Source of the DNA: Octopus vulgaris
Lineage: Eukaryota
NCBI GenBank assembly: GCA_951406725.2
Contig: OX597831.1
Span: 43,648,001 to 43,712,000 of the forward strand
Direction: 5' to 3'
Length of the DNA stretch: 64,000 bases
The notes beneath the pieces were generated by a model that saw only the letters and a program-made list of their open reading frames with translations, did not search any database and was not told the origin of the DNA. Positions 12,885 through 26,440 of the stretch are shown piece after piece. Position 1 is the first letter of the stretch. The number at the start of each line of letters is the position of its first letter. The position numbers were made by a program, and so were the translations under genes.

Positions 12885-14875
12885 GTGAATATACCTCAGA
12901 TCACATCATCCGCTTTATCTTTCTCTATTTAATACAGTAAGGAATGATATGATGGAAATTTCACTGTCATTAAAAAAAAATCTGTCCATCTTGAGGAGAG
13001 GTTTTCAATCATTTTTATTCTATCTATGGACCCCTTTAATTAATTATTCTATTCTGGTGGACACCCATAGTCATTCAATGTTTTAAAACTAGTTTTATAG
13101 ATATTTCTTCCAAAATTCATATTTGTTTTTCACACATTCACTCGTGTAGGTTGAACTGTGTAAAACGTTAGAAAAAGAAACCTAGCAATAGATATATCTT
13201 GCAATAGATATAGCTAAAACAAAAGTTTTCCATGAACCCCTAAAGTACTATAGTGGCTCTCCAATTAAGTATTTTGCTTGTGTGGAGCCACCAAAATTTT
13301 ATTTGGATTCCCAGTGGTCATATGGACTACAATTGAGAACAACTGATGTAGGGCCACCCTGACTGACTCATAACAAAATGTATTTTAATTAGTAGAGAGT
13401 TAACAAATTATATATCTCAGTAAAATAACATACAAACAATGTTGGTGAAGTAGAAATGAAAAGTTAGTTCTAATAAAAGTGTAGCAATTATGCTTTTCCA
13501 ATTTGTAGCTACAAAAATTTAGTGTGGTACTAAATTGTGTGATGTGATGAAATTAATTAATCCCTTATTGTCTTACATTAACAGAGTAATCTGAATGCTA
13601 AAGGATTAAACATCAATTATATATTTTGATTGCATGCTTGCTCTTACTCGTGGACCAAATTAAGTTATATTTAATGAGTGCCGGTGGCACGTGAAAAAAC
13701 ACCCACTACACTCTCAGAGTGGTTGGCATTAGGAAGGGCATCCAGCTGTAGAAACTCTGCCAGATCAAGATTGGAGCCTGGTGCAGCCATCTGGTTCGCC
13801 AGTCGTCAGTCAAATCATCCAACCCATGCTAGCATGGAAAGCAGATGTTAAACGATGATGATGATGATTAAAAACAAAAATTTGTTGTGAACCCTAGGAC
13901 ACACATGGCCAGAATTTAGCCTCATTTCCATTGTGTATAAATGACTGAAATTATAACACTCTGCTCCTGAATGGGGCACTAGTCCATTGCAAGGTTAACT
14001 TCCCACCTATTACTGGAACTCACAGCTGAGTTATCTGGAGCAACATGAAATGAAGTGTTTTCTTCAAGAATGCAATGCACCACCTAGTTCAGGTATTGAA
14101 ACCACAATCTTACAATCATGAGTGCAACACCCTAACCACAAGGCCATGTGCCTTTATTTAATGGCTATAAAATATTTAAATAAAATAAAAAAGCCTCATT
14201 ATAGTATGTAGGTATGTTGCTTTTGTTTTTAGCAAAATAAAAATATGTCAACGTCATTAAAAGAGTAAGAAGTACTGGGATAATAGCTAGAGATTATTGT
14301 ATGAGGCATTTTACCTCTACAAGGGACAATTTTACTAAGTGTATGTAGGATCTCCTACATAATTTCTTGACCTGCTAGAAATAAGCTGTAACTCCTTCAA
14401 TTCATACACTCTACTGTGTCAACGCATTCATTACCATACTTCTGTTGAAATGTTTGTTCCTTCTCAAGCCATGCCTGGCTCATAAGGCCAGTTTCCCGGT
14501 TTCCTTGGCGTATAGGTTCCCCACTGGATGGGACGCCGATCCATTGCAGGTGAGCTGCAAGACGCAGGAGGGAAGAGTGAGAGAAAGTTGTCGCAAAAGA
14601 GTCAGCAGAAGTTTGTCATTACCTTCTGCCAGAGCCATGTGGAGCTTAGGTGTTTCACTCATAAACACACGTCGCCCAGTCTGAGATTCGAACCCACAAT
14701 CCCTCAACCATGTGCCTCCACTCTGTTGAAATACACTGCCTTCATTTCACCTAATTTTAACAATAATGAAGAATTTATTGAAATAACTTAGTCATTATAA
14801 AAGTGGTATTCAGAGCATAAATTAACATAGAATTTTAATGGAAGATTTTAATTTAGATCAGTTTAAAGCAGGAAG

Positions 14876-15128
14876 TGGAGGCGTGTGGCTTTGTGGTTAG
14901 GGTGTTAGCACCATGATCGTAAGATTGTAGTTTTGATTCCTGGACCGGGTGACGCATTGTGTTCTTGAGCAAAACACTTCATTTCATGTTGCTCCAGTCC
15001 ACTCAGCTGGCAAAAATGAGTAACACTGCGATGGACTGGCGTCCCATCTAGCTGGGGAACACATATGCCATTGAAACCAGGAAACCGGGCCCATGAACCT
15101 GGCTATGCTTTAAAAGGGTGCATTTATT
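14876..15128 (+). mobile_element. tRNA-derived SINE (family C-related) with 14-bp TSD
   Basis: TSD tttaaagcaggaag at 14862-14875 and 15129-15142; head tggaggcgtgtggctttgtggttagg; gttcttgagcaaaacactt core. Confidence 0.8.
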
Positions 15129-15803
15129 TTTAAAGCAGGAAGCTTGTATCAAGATGTGAACGCAAATACACAAATACATACATATAACACACACACACAC
15201 ATTAAAGAATGTAAATATTGGGTTGAAAAGCCTTTTTAAATAGTAAAATTTGAAGGCTTCCCAGTATTTACATGTGATTATTTTATTGCTTTATGTGCTT
15301 CAAGCTTCAATTTTTCACAAAAGAATTATTTCATGTTCTCCCAAAAATTTATAAAATTCTTATGATATTCAACAATATGTATATGTGTCAATCTTTTATG
15401 ATTTCTGACGAACGTTTTACAAAGCAATACACACTTTCTCTTATCAAATACTGTCAACAAATTCTTTCTGTTTATATGCCTACAAACAATTATGATTTCT
15501 GATGAACTTATAAACAATTATGAACTTATTTTACTGCCTACTCTGAACACTTTTATGTAAACTGTTTAAACCCTCTCTCAACATTTTCTTATCATTATCA
15601 AATGTTCTATTTCTTAACATTTCCTTAGCATTGTCAAAGACTTTATCACTGCATTTTAATACATCTATGGTAACTAATTTGTAACACCTCAAAGCTACAC
15701 AAAGCCTTGCACCTATACTGTTAAAAATCAATTTTTTTAAAAAAGGGAAACCGATCAAGTCAATAAGCATCTTTAAAAGACCCCTGCATTTTCAAATCCT
15801 CTT

Positions 15804-15843
<40 letters not shown>

Positions 15844-15917
15844 GTCCAACCCATGCTAGCATGGAAAGCGGACGTTAAACGATGATGATGATGATGATGA
15901 TATATATATATATATAT

Positions 15918-16120
15918 AGGGAGAGAATTCACAAAAATAAACCAAAGATGAAGACAGTTGGTGTAGACAACAAACAGATGTATTAGTATAACACTCGAGA
16001 AGTGAAAAAGTCTTTAACATCTCAAGTCTAAGCTCTTCTACAGAAAGAAACACAGGAAGAAACAAGGAGAGAAAATAAAGAATGTGTAGTGACTAGCGAT
16101 CCATCATGGCGAATGCCGAT
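15918..16120 (-). mobile_element. Penelope-like terminal fragment with decayed HHR, between (TA)n tracts
   Basis: Minus strand tttCTGTAGAaGAGCttaGACTTGAGATGTTaaag; homologous to 19170-19342. Confidence 0.5.
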
Positions 16121-17718
16121 ATATATATATATATATATATGATACATTCTGGATGAAAATGTGATGTGACTTTAAAATGAAAGGGTGGAGGTGGGGGACA
16201 AAAGACCAAGGAAAATCTAGCAAGAAGTGGTGAGGAAAAAATCTGGGAATACTGGTGATTTTGAAGAAGGAGTTTCAGAAAATAATTGGTGGGGATACTG
16301 TGTTGAAAACAATCTTTCCAGTATACGCGAGTTCAGATTAAGAAATATTAAAAATGATCTGTTGTTGTTGTTGTTGATGATGATGATGATGAGTGTGGTG
16401 GTGGTAGTGGTAATGGTGATGATGATTAATGTGGTGGTGCCTGTGGTGATGGTGATGCTAGTAGTGGTAGTGGTGCTGGTGGTGATGATGATAATGACGA
16501 TGATGATGAGGTTGGTGGTGGTGATGGTGGTGGCAACAACATCAATGATGATGATGATGATAAGAGTGCTAATGATGATACTGCTGCTGATGATGATACC
16601 TATGATAAAGATGATCATGACAATTTTGATGCAGTTGCCGAATTGACGACGGAAGATGAGAATGTCAGCCAGAACCCCTTTTGCATGGAAACGAAACTGG
16701 TAAATAAGGTACTCACATCATCTCATAATTAACTACAAAATTATTTTTAATCCAATTATAATTACAATTTTCCTAGCTACATTAAAAATGTTAGCACCCA
16801 CTTGACTATTTGTTTTTTAGGCAGAAGGCGTCCCTAGTTATTCCTAGTATATTACGAATCTAGGAATAGAAGAGATGATGCTGATTCTACTGGGATTTAA
16901 ATTCAGAAGTGAAAGGGACAAAAGAGAAATTTTTGGCTTAATGCTAATATCAGCATAAGGCCGCGAAATTTGGGGTACCAAGTATATAACTGGTACTTTC
17001 TTTTATTGACCTAAGAAAGGAAGAATGAAAAACAAAGGTAATTAAATAATGATTTCAAATTTTGGCATTAAGCCAAAAATTTTAGGGGAGGATAAAGTCA
17101 ATTACACTGACCCCAATGCATCACTGGTACTTAATTTATCAACCCTGAAATGATGACTGGCTAAGTTGACCTCGGTGCAATTTGAAATCAGTAATTTGTC
17201 CTACATGCTTATACTTCTGCCAGCTCATTGCCTTTAACCCTTCAACACTGAGATTACTCTGTCATAAGCATATATGGGTGTGTGTGCGTGCGTGCATAAG
17301 GGTATGTGCGTATATAAACGTGGTTTACTCTTTGTATACTCCCTTATGCCTTTTTTCTGTATTGTTACCCATAACCCTGTTTTTTCTTGTGTTTGTGCGT
17401 ATGTAGACATATGTATGAACTTTTACGGTGCGCGCGTGTGTGTGGGGGTTTGTATGTATATGCATATACTTTTGGCGAAGGATGCGAGTGAAGATGTGTA
17501 CATTTTTCAAGTGAGGGAGGATGAATGTATGCATACACACGTGGGTGTGCGGGTGCACATGTGTAGGTATGAACAGACGCGCTTACGCGAATACTATGAA
17601 CTTTTTACCCCCTTACCTTACTTAGTGGTCATTCGAATAGCTCTTTTGTCTTAATAGCGGTCAATAACACAGTAATTTCCCTTTGTACAACGGTCATTTT
17701 CATAGCATTTTTCCAATG

Positions 17719-17788
17719 GCCGGATAACTGAAGAGATGGTAGCATGGATTTCCATCTCGGCATCCAAAACTCGGAGTTTTATCTTGGC
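17719..17788 (+). ncRNA. Type I hammerhead-like motif (G12 mutated)
   Basis: GCCGGATAA-CTGAAGA-GATG...CATC-c-AAAAC-TCGGA-GTT-TTATCTTGGC: stems I and II pair, stem III ACTC/GAGT; GAAAC reads AAAAC. Confidence 0.55.
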
Positions 17789-17967
17789 TACCGAATTACA
17801 TTTTACATTTACAGATAAGTTCCTCTATTTACATAATATCGCGGTCTCTTTCTTTCTTTTGTTATCTTACTGATTTTATCAATACTTTTATATTCTTAAA
17901 TTAATTTTATGTATTGGCTTATGTTTTTCACTGTTTGATTTGCCTAATAGTGGTTTTATCTCTAATG

Positions 17968-18084
<117 letters not shown>

Positions 18085-18452
18085 TGGGACACTTGTTATC
18101 GTGACTGACAGTGTCACTGTATACACATATATATATCTTTTTTTTATTCTCTCTCTGTTTATTTCCTCTTATTCCTTTCTCTGGTATCTTACCGAAGACT
18201 TGTGATTGAATTTGGTAAGCAGAAGTTTCTATCATGTGTGTACATGTGTGTGTGTAAAGTGCTTGTGCTTCCTGAGAGAGAAGGGAATGATATATATAAA
18301 TTTAAGTCACAATATATGAGTTCAACTAATCCAGTGGTACACATAAAGAAAGCTCCTTAATGTATCATTCTAGAAAACACATAGAGACATAGTATGATAC
18401 AGAAGCAAAACATAGTGAGTTTTATAAATTTATAGATGACGAGAGAAATACA

Positions 18453-18776
18453 TTATGGAGATGTACTTGCATAGCAAGTGACCTGATTGAGATCGTGTGC
18501 TGAAATAAAAACAATTGCAGTGTGGAAGGTGTTTATAAGCCATTTAAAAGCACGCAAAAACTGTTAGATTCGCTTCAACATTTAAATTTAATTTGTCAAA
18601 ATATTTTCGTCGCTTTGAAACCACGACCTGTTCACTGACAAACTTCCATGCAGTGCAGAATTTTTTTAGTGAACAGGTTGCGGTTTCAAAGCGGCGAAAA
18701 TATTTAAATGTTGAAGTGAATCTAATGGTTTTTGTGTGCTTTTAAATGGCTTATAAACACATTCCATGCTGCAATT
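18453..18776. mobile_element. Fold-back (inverted-arm) repeat element, Penelope-like, carrying hammerhead variants
   Basis: Arms ~18512-18642 and ~18662-18776 are reverse complements; a second copy lies at 54690-55010 in the opposite orientation. Confidence 0.75.
18592..18642 (-). ncRNA. Minimal type I hammerhead ribozyme, G3:C8 variant
   Basis: Minus strand TTTGTCA-GTGAACA-G-GTCGT-ggtttcaaa-GCGAC-GAAA-A-ta-TTT-TGACAAA: 7-bp stem I, 5-bp stem II, GAAA, palindromic stem III (AATATT), UUU triplet. Confidence 0.6.
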
Positions 18777-19169
18777 GAGAGAAATATACTATGATAAAAT
18801 TTTTTACCATTGGAAATTCTTATTTAACAATTATCGTGAAATAGAAATTTTCCATTTTATCATAGTATATTTCTCTCATTATTTGTAATTTTATATTTAT
18901 AATTTTATAAAGAGACCTAAATTACGAAAAAAAATAAAAACACCGACATCTCATTTTAACAGATATATTTACCAAAAGTACATAGAAATATCTTGAAATA
19001 CTTAAGAGTAAATTTATTCAATAAAATCGCCATTTGCTTCAACCATGGCCTCCAGATGACTTCAGAATTTTTACAACTCTTCTGGACGGACTCCTTGTTT
19101 AAATGCTGCCATAATCCTTGCCTTCAGTTCATCTTTGGTGTTACAAGGAATTTTGTACCATATATATAT

Positions 19170-19342
19170 GGTTGAAATTTATAGAAAAACAAAAGATGAA
19201 GAAAGGTGTATGAACAAGCAGGTGCATTAGTTTGACACTCGGGAAAGTGAAAAAGTCTTTATGTTTCAAGCCTACGCTATTCAACAGAAAGGAATAAGAG
19301 AAAATAAACAGAGAGAGAATAAAAAACTGAGAGAATAAAAAA
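19170..19342 (-). mobile_element. Penelope-like terminal fragment with decayed HHR
   Basis: Minus strand tttCTGTTGAatAGCgtagGCTtGAAACATAaag; flanked by (TA)n. Confidence 0.5.
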
Positions 19343-19384
19343 CTATATATATATATATATACACATATATATACATATACATAT

Positions 19385-19439
<55 letters not shown>

Positions 19440-20801
19440 CATATATACATAAATATATATATATATATATGCCTTTTTTAATGTTGCTTGAGCAAGACAC
19501 TCTACTTCACACTGCACCAGTCCACTCAACCGGCAAAGATGAGTTGTACTTGCATTTCAAAGGGCCAGCCTTGTCACATTCTGTGTCACGCTGAATACTG
19601 ACCCCCCCACCCCACCCGCCCCAAGAACTACATTAAGGGTACACACGTCTGTGCAGCACTCAATCATTTGCATGTTAATTCTATGAGCAGGCTCTTCCAG
19701 TGATTTCATCAAGTGGAACCCTCACCTTTGTAACCGACAGAGTGCCAGCTGCAATATTAGGCTCTACGGTCAGGCTACAAGACCATTTTTAGCAGTCTGG
19801 AATATCAAATATACAGTAGAACAAGACAGTTCATCGTTTTGTAATAATTGTTAAATAATTTGTATATCATAAGTCATAGAAGTATGCAGCATAAAAGTCA
19901 GTTTTTGATTTCCTTATTTTCTGGTGGTAGTGGTAGTGGCAGTGGTGGCCATGGTGATCGAGTGAAGGTGTTGGTGGCCATGGTGATACTGCTGCTCTGT
20001 GTGTGTGTGTGAGAATATCTGTATATGTTTATGCTTGTGCGTATATTCATGTTCATGGCTGTGTGTGTGTGTGTGTGTGTGTGTACACGTGTTTGTGTGA
20101 GAGTCTCTGTGTATGTATGTGTGAGTATGTGTCAGCATGATTATTACAAGTGTTTGTGTGAGAGTGGTTGGGGATATGCTTGTAAGATGCATGTGTGCAC
20201 ATAAGAAGGTGCATGCAATTTCTCAACCTTCATTTCTTTCTAGTGAGAGAATGGCTTTCTGAATTTATCATCACACCAATAATCTATTTAGCATAGAAAA
20301 AAAGGTTTGTTTTCTGGTTTTTTTTTCTTTTCTTTTCCTCCCCTGTCTTTTTATTCCAATTAGTGATAATTTGCAAAAAAAAAAAAAATATTAGTGTGAG
20401 TATATATTCCATATAATAATAACAAAAGAAAATATATGCGACCGTGCTGATGACTAATCAGAGAAAGCCAAGATAGAATCGAGTTAACAATTCTTCCAAT
20501 GATGGGAAGCAGTTAACTAGTGCCTTCTTAATGACAGCACAAGTTAATGATTGATATAAGAATATTTATTGCATATATTACAACACAAATAAGAGTGATT
20601 GTGGTGATACATGCATTGGATGGCAAAAGTGAGTTGATATGAATCAGTTTCCTGTGAGAATTCTATGAAACTTGGAGCACTGTGCAACATTAGCAGTTCT
20701 TGCGAAATGAGTGTTAAAAACATAATGTAATGAGCAAAGATGTTTTTGATAAATTAGTCAATTAGAATTACACCCATTAGTCAGAAGAACGAAACCTGAT
20801 C

Positions 20802-21276
20802 TTAACCCTTAGCCTGTTCAAAGAATATGTTTCATATGCTTGTCCTAAATGTCCATGCTTGTTTCCAAACTTTAAGTTAAACCTTGTGTTCATACCATAA
20901 GCTTTATTTATATAATTCCTAAGTTGCTCTGGTACTTGAAAAACATTGGGCATGTGTATCAAATATGATTCATGGACACCAGAGAAATATGTCCTGTGTA
21001 TCACATGTGATAGTCAGGAAAGGCAGAGAGTTAACTCTTTGCATCTCCATAGCATTTTCATAAGTTTGTTCTAAATGTCCATGCTTTATTTTCAGATTTT
21101 TATTAGCCTTTGTTTCACGTGTCCCGCGTTATATAAAGCTTCCCTTTTGTAAGTCACATGTTATTTACTCTTGTGAGTGAAAAGAAATTGAGAATGTTTA
21201 CCATATACAATGCATGGACATCAGGGGAATATGCTCCGTGTATCATAGACGTTACACAGGAAGAGCAAAGGGTTAA
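20802..21276. mobile_element. Two tandem TTAA-ended (piggyBac-type) MITE units sharing a TTAA
   Basis: Units 20802-21034 and 21031-21276 start ttaaccctt/ttaactcttt and end agagttaa/aagggttaa; internal similarity (ctaaatgtccatgctt, catggaca). Confidence 0.6.
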
Positions 21277-21996
21277 TAGTGGAGGCACGTGGCTTACTGG
21301 TTAGGGTGTTGGACTCATGATCATAAGATTGCCGTTTTGATTCTCAGACCTTCAGTTCACTCAGCTGGCGTCCTGTCCAGGTGGGGAATGTCTATGCCGG
21401 GAAATCAGTCCTTGTGAGTCAGTATGACTTGAGAAGGAAACCTTACATTTTTTTTTACCAAAGGGTTATTGACTAAAATGTACTCAAAACATACAGGGGA
21501 GAAAACCCTCAGAACTGAAATTTATCTAAAAAAAAAATTAATCAAAATTAGATTATAATGAGGAATAAGTTTAACTTTTAGCAATATGGTTGCTAACAAG
21601 ATGTTTTAATCTTGTTAGACCACATCAGCGAAACAGTCCAACCTGGGAGTAACAATTATATGGCTCATAGGCTGGATTGGGCCCATGACAATGTTTAATT
21701 CAACTCCTAAAAACATTTTATTATTGTTCAATTTCAAAACATTTTCAGTAGAATATATATCATATGATTTCAGAGTTAAAGCCTGATTGGTGTTGAGATT
21801 AACACCGGCTTTGTTTCGTCAAATCAATGCAACTTATGGAATCTTATTTATTTTTTTTTATTTTTTATCTTAACCAGTTAAAAAGAAGCTTATGAATCCA
21901 TGTCCAGCCCAAATATTCTACATGTTTTATGCTCAACTCAGCTAGATCCAACCTCTCACACCTATCATACAATATCATGTTAAAAATAAACAACCA

Positions 21997-22380
21997 GGCG
22001 CAGATGTGGCAGTGCGGTAAGAAGGTTGCTTCCCAAACCACTTGGTTCCGGGTTCAGTCCCACTGCGTGGCTCCTTGGGCAAGTGTCTTCTACTATAGCC
22101 TCAAGCCAGTGGATTTGGTAGATGGAAACTGAAAGGAGCCTGTCATATATATGCATATATATGTGTGTGTGTCTTTGTATCTGTGTTTGTCCCCCACCAC
22201 CACTTGACAACCGGTGTTGGTGTGTTTATGTCCCTGTAACTTAATAGTCCGGCAAAAGAGACTGATAGAATAAGTACCAGGCTTAACAAAAATTAAGTAC
22301 TGGGGCTGATTCAGTCAACTAAAAATTCTTCAAGGTGGTGCCCCAGCATGGCCGCAGTCTAATGACTAAAGCAAATAAAA
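21997..22380 (+). mobile_element. SINE family A copy inserted in a TTAA-MITE
   Basis: Family A head and tail; flanks (21870-21990, 22400-22503) match the reverse complement of the MITE at 57071-57297. Confidence 0.75.
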
Positions 22381-22529
22381 AAAAAACCAAAGAAGAAAGA
22401 TCATAGAAATCTTGAAGCTACGAGACAAAGCATAATTAATTTAAAATGAGGAGAATAAATGAGCATTACCTTTGATGGAGTAATTTGAATGCTAAACGAT
22501 TAGCTATGTATGTATATTTTGGTATGCAG

Positions 22530-22920
22530 GTATTTTGAAAACACCTCTTGGAGTGATGACTGTGCACTGCATAGGCTGCCCTTTGGCAAGGAATAACACC
22601 CATTCAGCCACATTGCAGGGGATACAGCAAAGTCATGGGACAGCAGCTTGGAAGATTGTGAAGAGGTATCGGAAGAGTTCAAATGAGCCACTGGCGCCTC
22701 TTATAACAATGCTGAATGGAGGAATCCTAAAAGATCGATGGTCAGGACCACCAAGTTCTATCAAGTGAGCAACACATCTATTGCGGTGGCATCCATGGTT
22801 GTGTAATCGGTTAATGAAAGATTCCCTATGACTCAAGCTCCCATTTCACGTTCATAATAATGGAAATGGATGATAACAGAGAGTCGTGGAAATCTGCAAA
22901 GTAGCGCGACCAAGAAGAGT
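22530..22920 (+). mobile_element. Decayed non-LTR retrotransposon 3' fragment (RTE-like)
   Basis: Higher-GC degenerate coding-like stretch ending ...gacagagagtcgtgg-like followed by aagaagag; no intact ORF; family assignment is tentative. Confidence 0.3.
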
Positions 22921-23984
22921 ATGTGTGTATGAGTGTGTATGTGATGTGTGTGTATATTTGTGTAAGTGTGCGTGTGTCCATGTATTTATATATGAATTAG
23001 TGGATGAGTTTTAAATATAAAATTCAGCTACTACATAGAGCAGGTGGGTGTATTTTTTGTTTAGTCCCTGGTTGGCTTTGATCAAAGAGTTCCAGTCATG
23101 ACCACCTCATCTTCTCTTCAGAGAGTGCATGAGAACCTAAGGAAGTGCTTCCCAGTCCATTCACTCTTGACTCTTGAAATACATTCCATACCTCAGGAAT
23201 ACTCTACATTTTTCTCTTTCATCAAGTTAAATTATCCAAGAGATTAAACAAACCACAAAAATACCCATGAATAGACTAGCAGCGCTAAATCCATCAGATG
23301 CCGTAAAGAAGACTTAAGAAATTACATCTCAACCAATATTATGTTTAAGCAAAATTCCTCAACAGTTCTCTGCTCAAAAATCTTTTTTTTTTCTCTCATA
23401 GGGTTTCCTTTCTACCAATGAATACAAGGATTTTCCTATCTTACGGAACATGTTCCGAGTGTGTAATAAAATTACAATTAAGAATACAGAATTAAAATCG
23501 TGAAAATTGCTTAAACGTGTTATGGCGTAAAATTATCCTAGTTATCCCTAAAATCTCACGAAACCCTGAGTAACTTCTCACAGAAACCTGGGGCTCCAGG
23601 GAACTCTGTTTGGGAAATGCTTACCTAGGGTGTCCTATTTTTTCAAAATGGTAAATTGTGGCTTAACAAGAGTTTAGATGACACAGTTTTTTTTTTTTTT
23701 TGCAGATTGAGTGATCATGTAGTTGCTCCCTCATGGGCATGGCATAGAGCAGGTGAACTCATGCTTGTTGTAGTTGTTAGACTGTGGCAATGCTGCAGCA
23801 CCACATTGAAGAATTTTAGCCGAATAAATCAAGCCCAGCACTTATCTTTTAAATCCTGGTACTTATTCCATACTGAACCTCTAAGTTACAGGACTCTAAA
23901 CACACCAACACTGGTTGTCAGGCAGTGATGGGGGGAAAACACAGTTTACACACACAATGCACACAAATACATACATAAAGAAGC

Positions 23985-24033
<49 letters not shown>

Positions 24034-24174
24034 TCATCATCATCATCGTTTAACATCTGCTGTCCATGCTAGCATGGGTTGGATGGTTTGACATAGAGAT
24101 GGCTAGCAAGGAGTTGTCCAAACTCCAGCTGTCTGTTGAGGCATAGTTTCTATGGCTGGATGCCCTTCCTAAGA

Positions 24175-24215
<41 letters not shown>

Positions 24216-24288
24216 AAAAAAAGTCAAGATAGAAAATGCTAAAATAATTTTAGAAAAAATATTTCAGTACCGGTTTCAGTCATTGAGA

Positions 24289-24343
<55 letters not shown>

Positions 24344-24345
<2 letters not shown>

Positions 24346-24663
24346 ACCCCGCTTAGGTCATGAATGACCATGGGATTGCACCTACAAAGTTACCCTCCGA
24401 GGCACAAGTCCAGGCAATGTTGTTTATGAAAGACCAGCAGTCACCCATGCATACCGGCCTCCCCTCTCCATGCCACCGATGTTATCCAAGGGAAAGGCAT
24501 GGCACCAGTGACGTCGCAACTCATTTCTACAGCTGAGTAAGCTGAAGCAACATGAAATAAAGTGTCTTGCTGAAGGACACAACACGCAGCCCGGTCTGGG
24601 AATCAAACTTATAACCTCATGATTGTAAGCTTGATGCTCTAACCACTGAGCCATGTGCCTTCA
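24344..24663 (-). mobile_element. tRNA-derived SINE family C
   Basis: Reverse complement of 61857-62192 (head gaaggcacatggctcagtggttagag). Confidence 0.8.
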
Positions 24664-25190
24664 CGTATATGTATTCACACACACACACTGGACTTCTTTC
24701 AGTTTCCATCTACCAAATCCACTCACAAGATTTTGGTCAGCCTGAAGTTGACACTTGCCCAAGGTGCAATGCAGTGGGAGTGAACCTAGAGTAATGCAGT
24801 TGGGAAGCAAATTCCTTACCATACAGAGCCACACCAGTGCCCAAGCAGGTGACCTCTTTTTGTTTTTTCTGTTTTTTATTAGTTTTTACACACTAAGTAT
24901 ATAACATACTGCAGGGTGTTACCATCTGTCTCTTAATACCAGATCAATATTATGGAGTGTAGAAATATATATAATTGGATATAGTTACATAATTGTATCA
25001 TGAATTGATCATTTCTATTAATGAATTCAGAAAATTACATCAAATAAAAGAAAGAAAAAAAAAAGACGCATCCCTTGCAATTAAGGCAGCATTGCATTCC
25101 TGAAATTTGGAATTCTGCTATGCAAAACTTATTTTTTTATGGAACTCCCTTGTATGTAACATTTCTGTAACAGAAGTATGTAACATTTCT

Positions 25191-25608
25191 TATTTCTTTA
25201 CTGCCCACAAGGGGCTAGATCCAGAGAGGACAAACAAGGACAAACAAATGGATTAAGTCGATAATATCGACCCCAGTGCACAACTGGTACTTATTTAATC
25301 GACCCCGAAAGGATGAAAGGCAAAGTCGACCTCGGCGGAATTTGAACTCAGAACGTAGTGGTAAACGGAATGCCTATTTCTTTACTACCCACAAATGGCT
25401 AAACACAGAAGGGACAAACAAGGACAGACAAAGGGATTAAGTCGATTACATCGACCTCAGTGCATAACTGGTACTTATTTAATCGACCCCGAAAGGATGA
25501 AAGGCAAAGTCGACCTCGGCGGAATTTGAACTCACAACGTAGTGGCAAACGAAATACCACTAAGCATTACTCCCGGCTTGCTAACGTTTCTGCCAGCTCG
25601 CCTCCTTC
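25191..25608 (-). mobile_element. Nin/Deu-domain-like SINE (family D) with duplicated 3' half and 17-bp TSD
   Basis: Minus strand carries gcctttcatcctttcggggtcgattaaataagtaccag twice; TSD aagtatgtaacatttct at 25174-25190 and 25609-25625. Confidence 0.8.
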
Positions 25609-25853
25609 AAGTATGTAACATTTCTGTAAGATGGAAGTCAATGGTAAAATCCATTTCATGTCATTGAATTCCACTTTAGTAATTAGGATCAAGTCTGGCT
25701 GTATGGTTAAGAAGCTTGCTTTTGCAACCATGTAGTTTTGAGTTCAGTTCCACTGCGTGGTACCTTAGGCAGTTTTTTTAACTTCTATAGGCCTGTGCTG
25801 ACTGATGCGTTGTAGACAGAATGTGGTAGAGAGAAACTGTGTGGAAGCTTATA

Positions 25854-25901
<48 letters not shown>

Positions 25902-26405
25902 TGTGTGCATGTGTTTGCTCATCTGCACTGTGTGGCAACCAGCGTTGGTTTGTTTATATCTCTGTAATTTCGTGGTTTGGCAAAAGTGATTGATAGTAGT
26001 ATCAGTAACAGACTAAAAAGAAAACATGTACCCCGGTTGATTTGCTTCACTAAACACTTCATGTCAGAACTCCAGCATGGCCACAGTCATAAGACTGAGA
26101 CAAATGAAAAGTAAATATGATAATGAAAGTCCTTCATTATGTTAAACCTTTCATAATATTGAGGTTTGTGGAAGGTGGTGAGTTGGCAGAAACATTAGCA
26201 TGCTGGGCAAAATGCTTAGCAGTATTTCATCTGTCTTTACATCCTGAGTTCAAATTCCATCAAGGTCGACTTTGCTTTTCATCCTTTTGGGGCTGATAAA
26301 TTAAGTACCAGTTGCGTACTGGGGTTGATCTAATTGTAAACACACCAGCATCAGTTGTCAAGCGATGTTGGGGGCGGGGAGACAAACACAGACACACAAA
26401 CATAT

Positions 26406-26440
<35 letters not shown>

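Noticed and set aside
15398-15510. Two tatgatttctga(c/t)gaac motifs
   Set aside because: No stem II, GAAA or stem I partner found.
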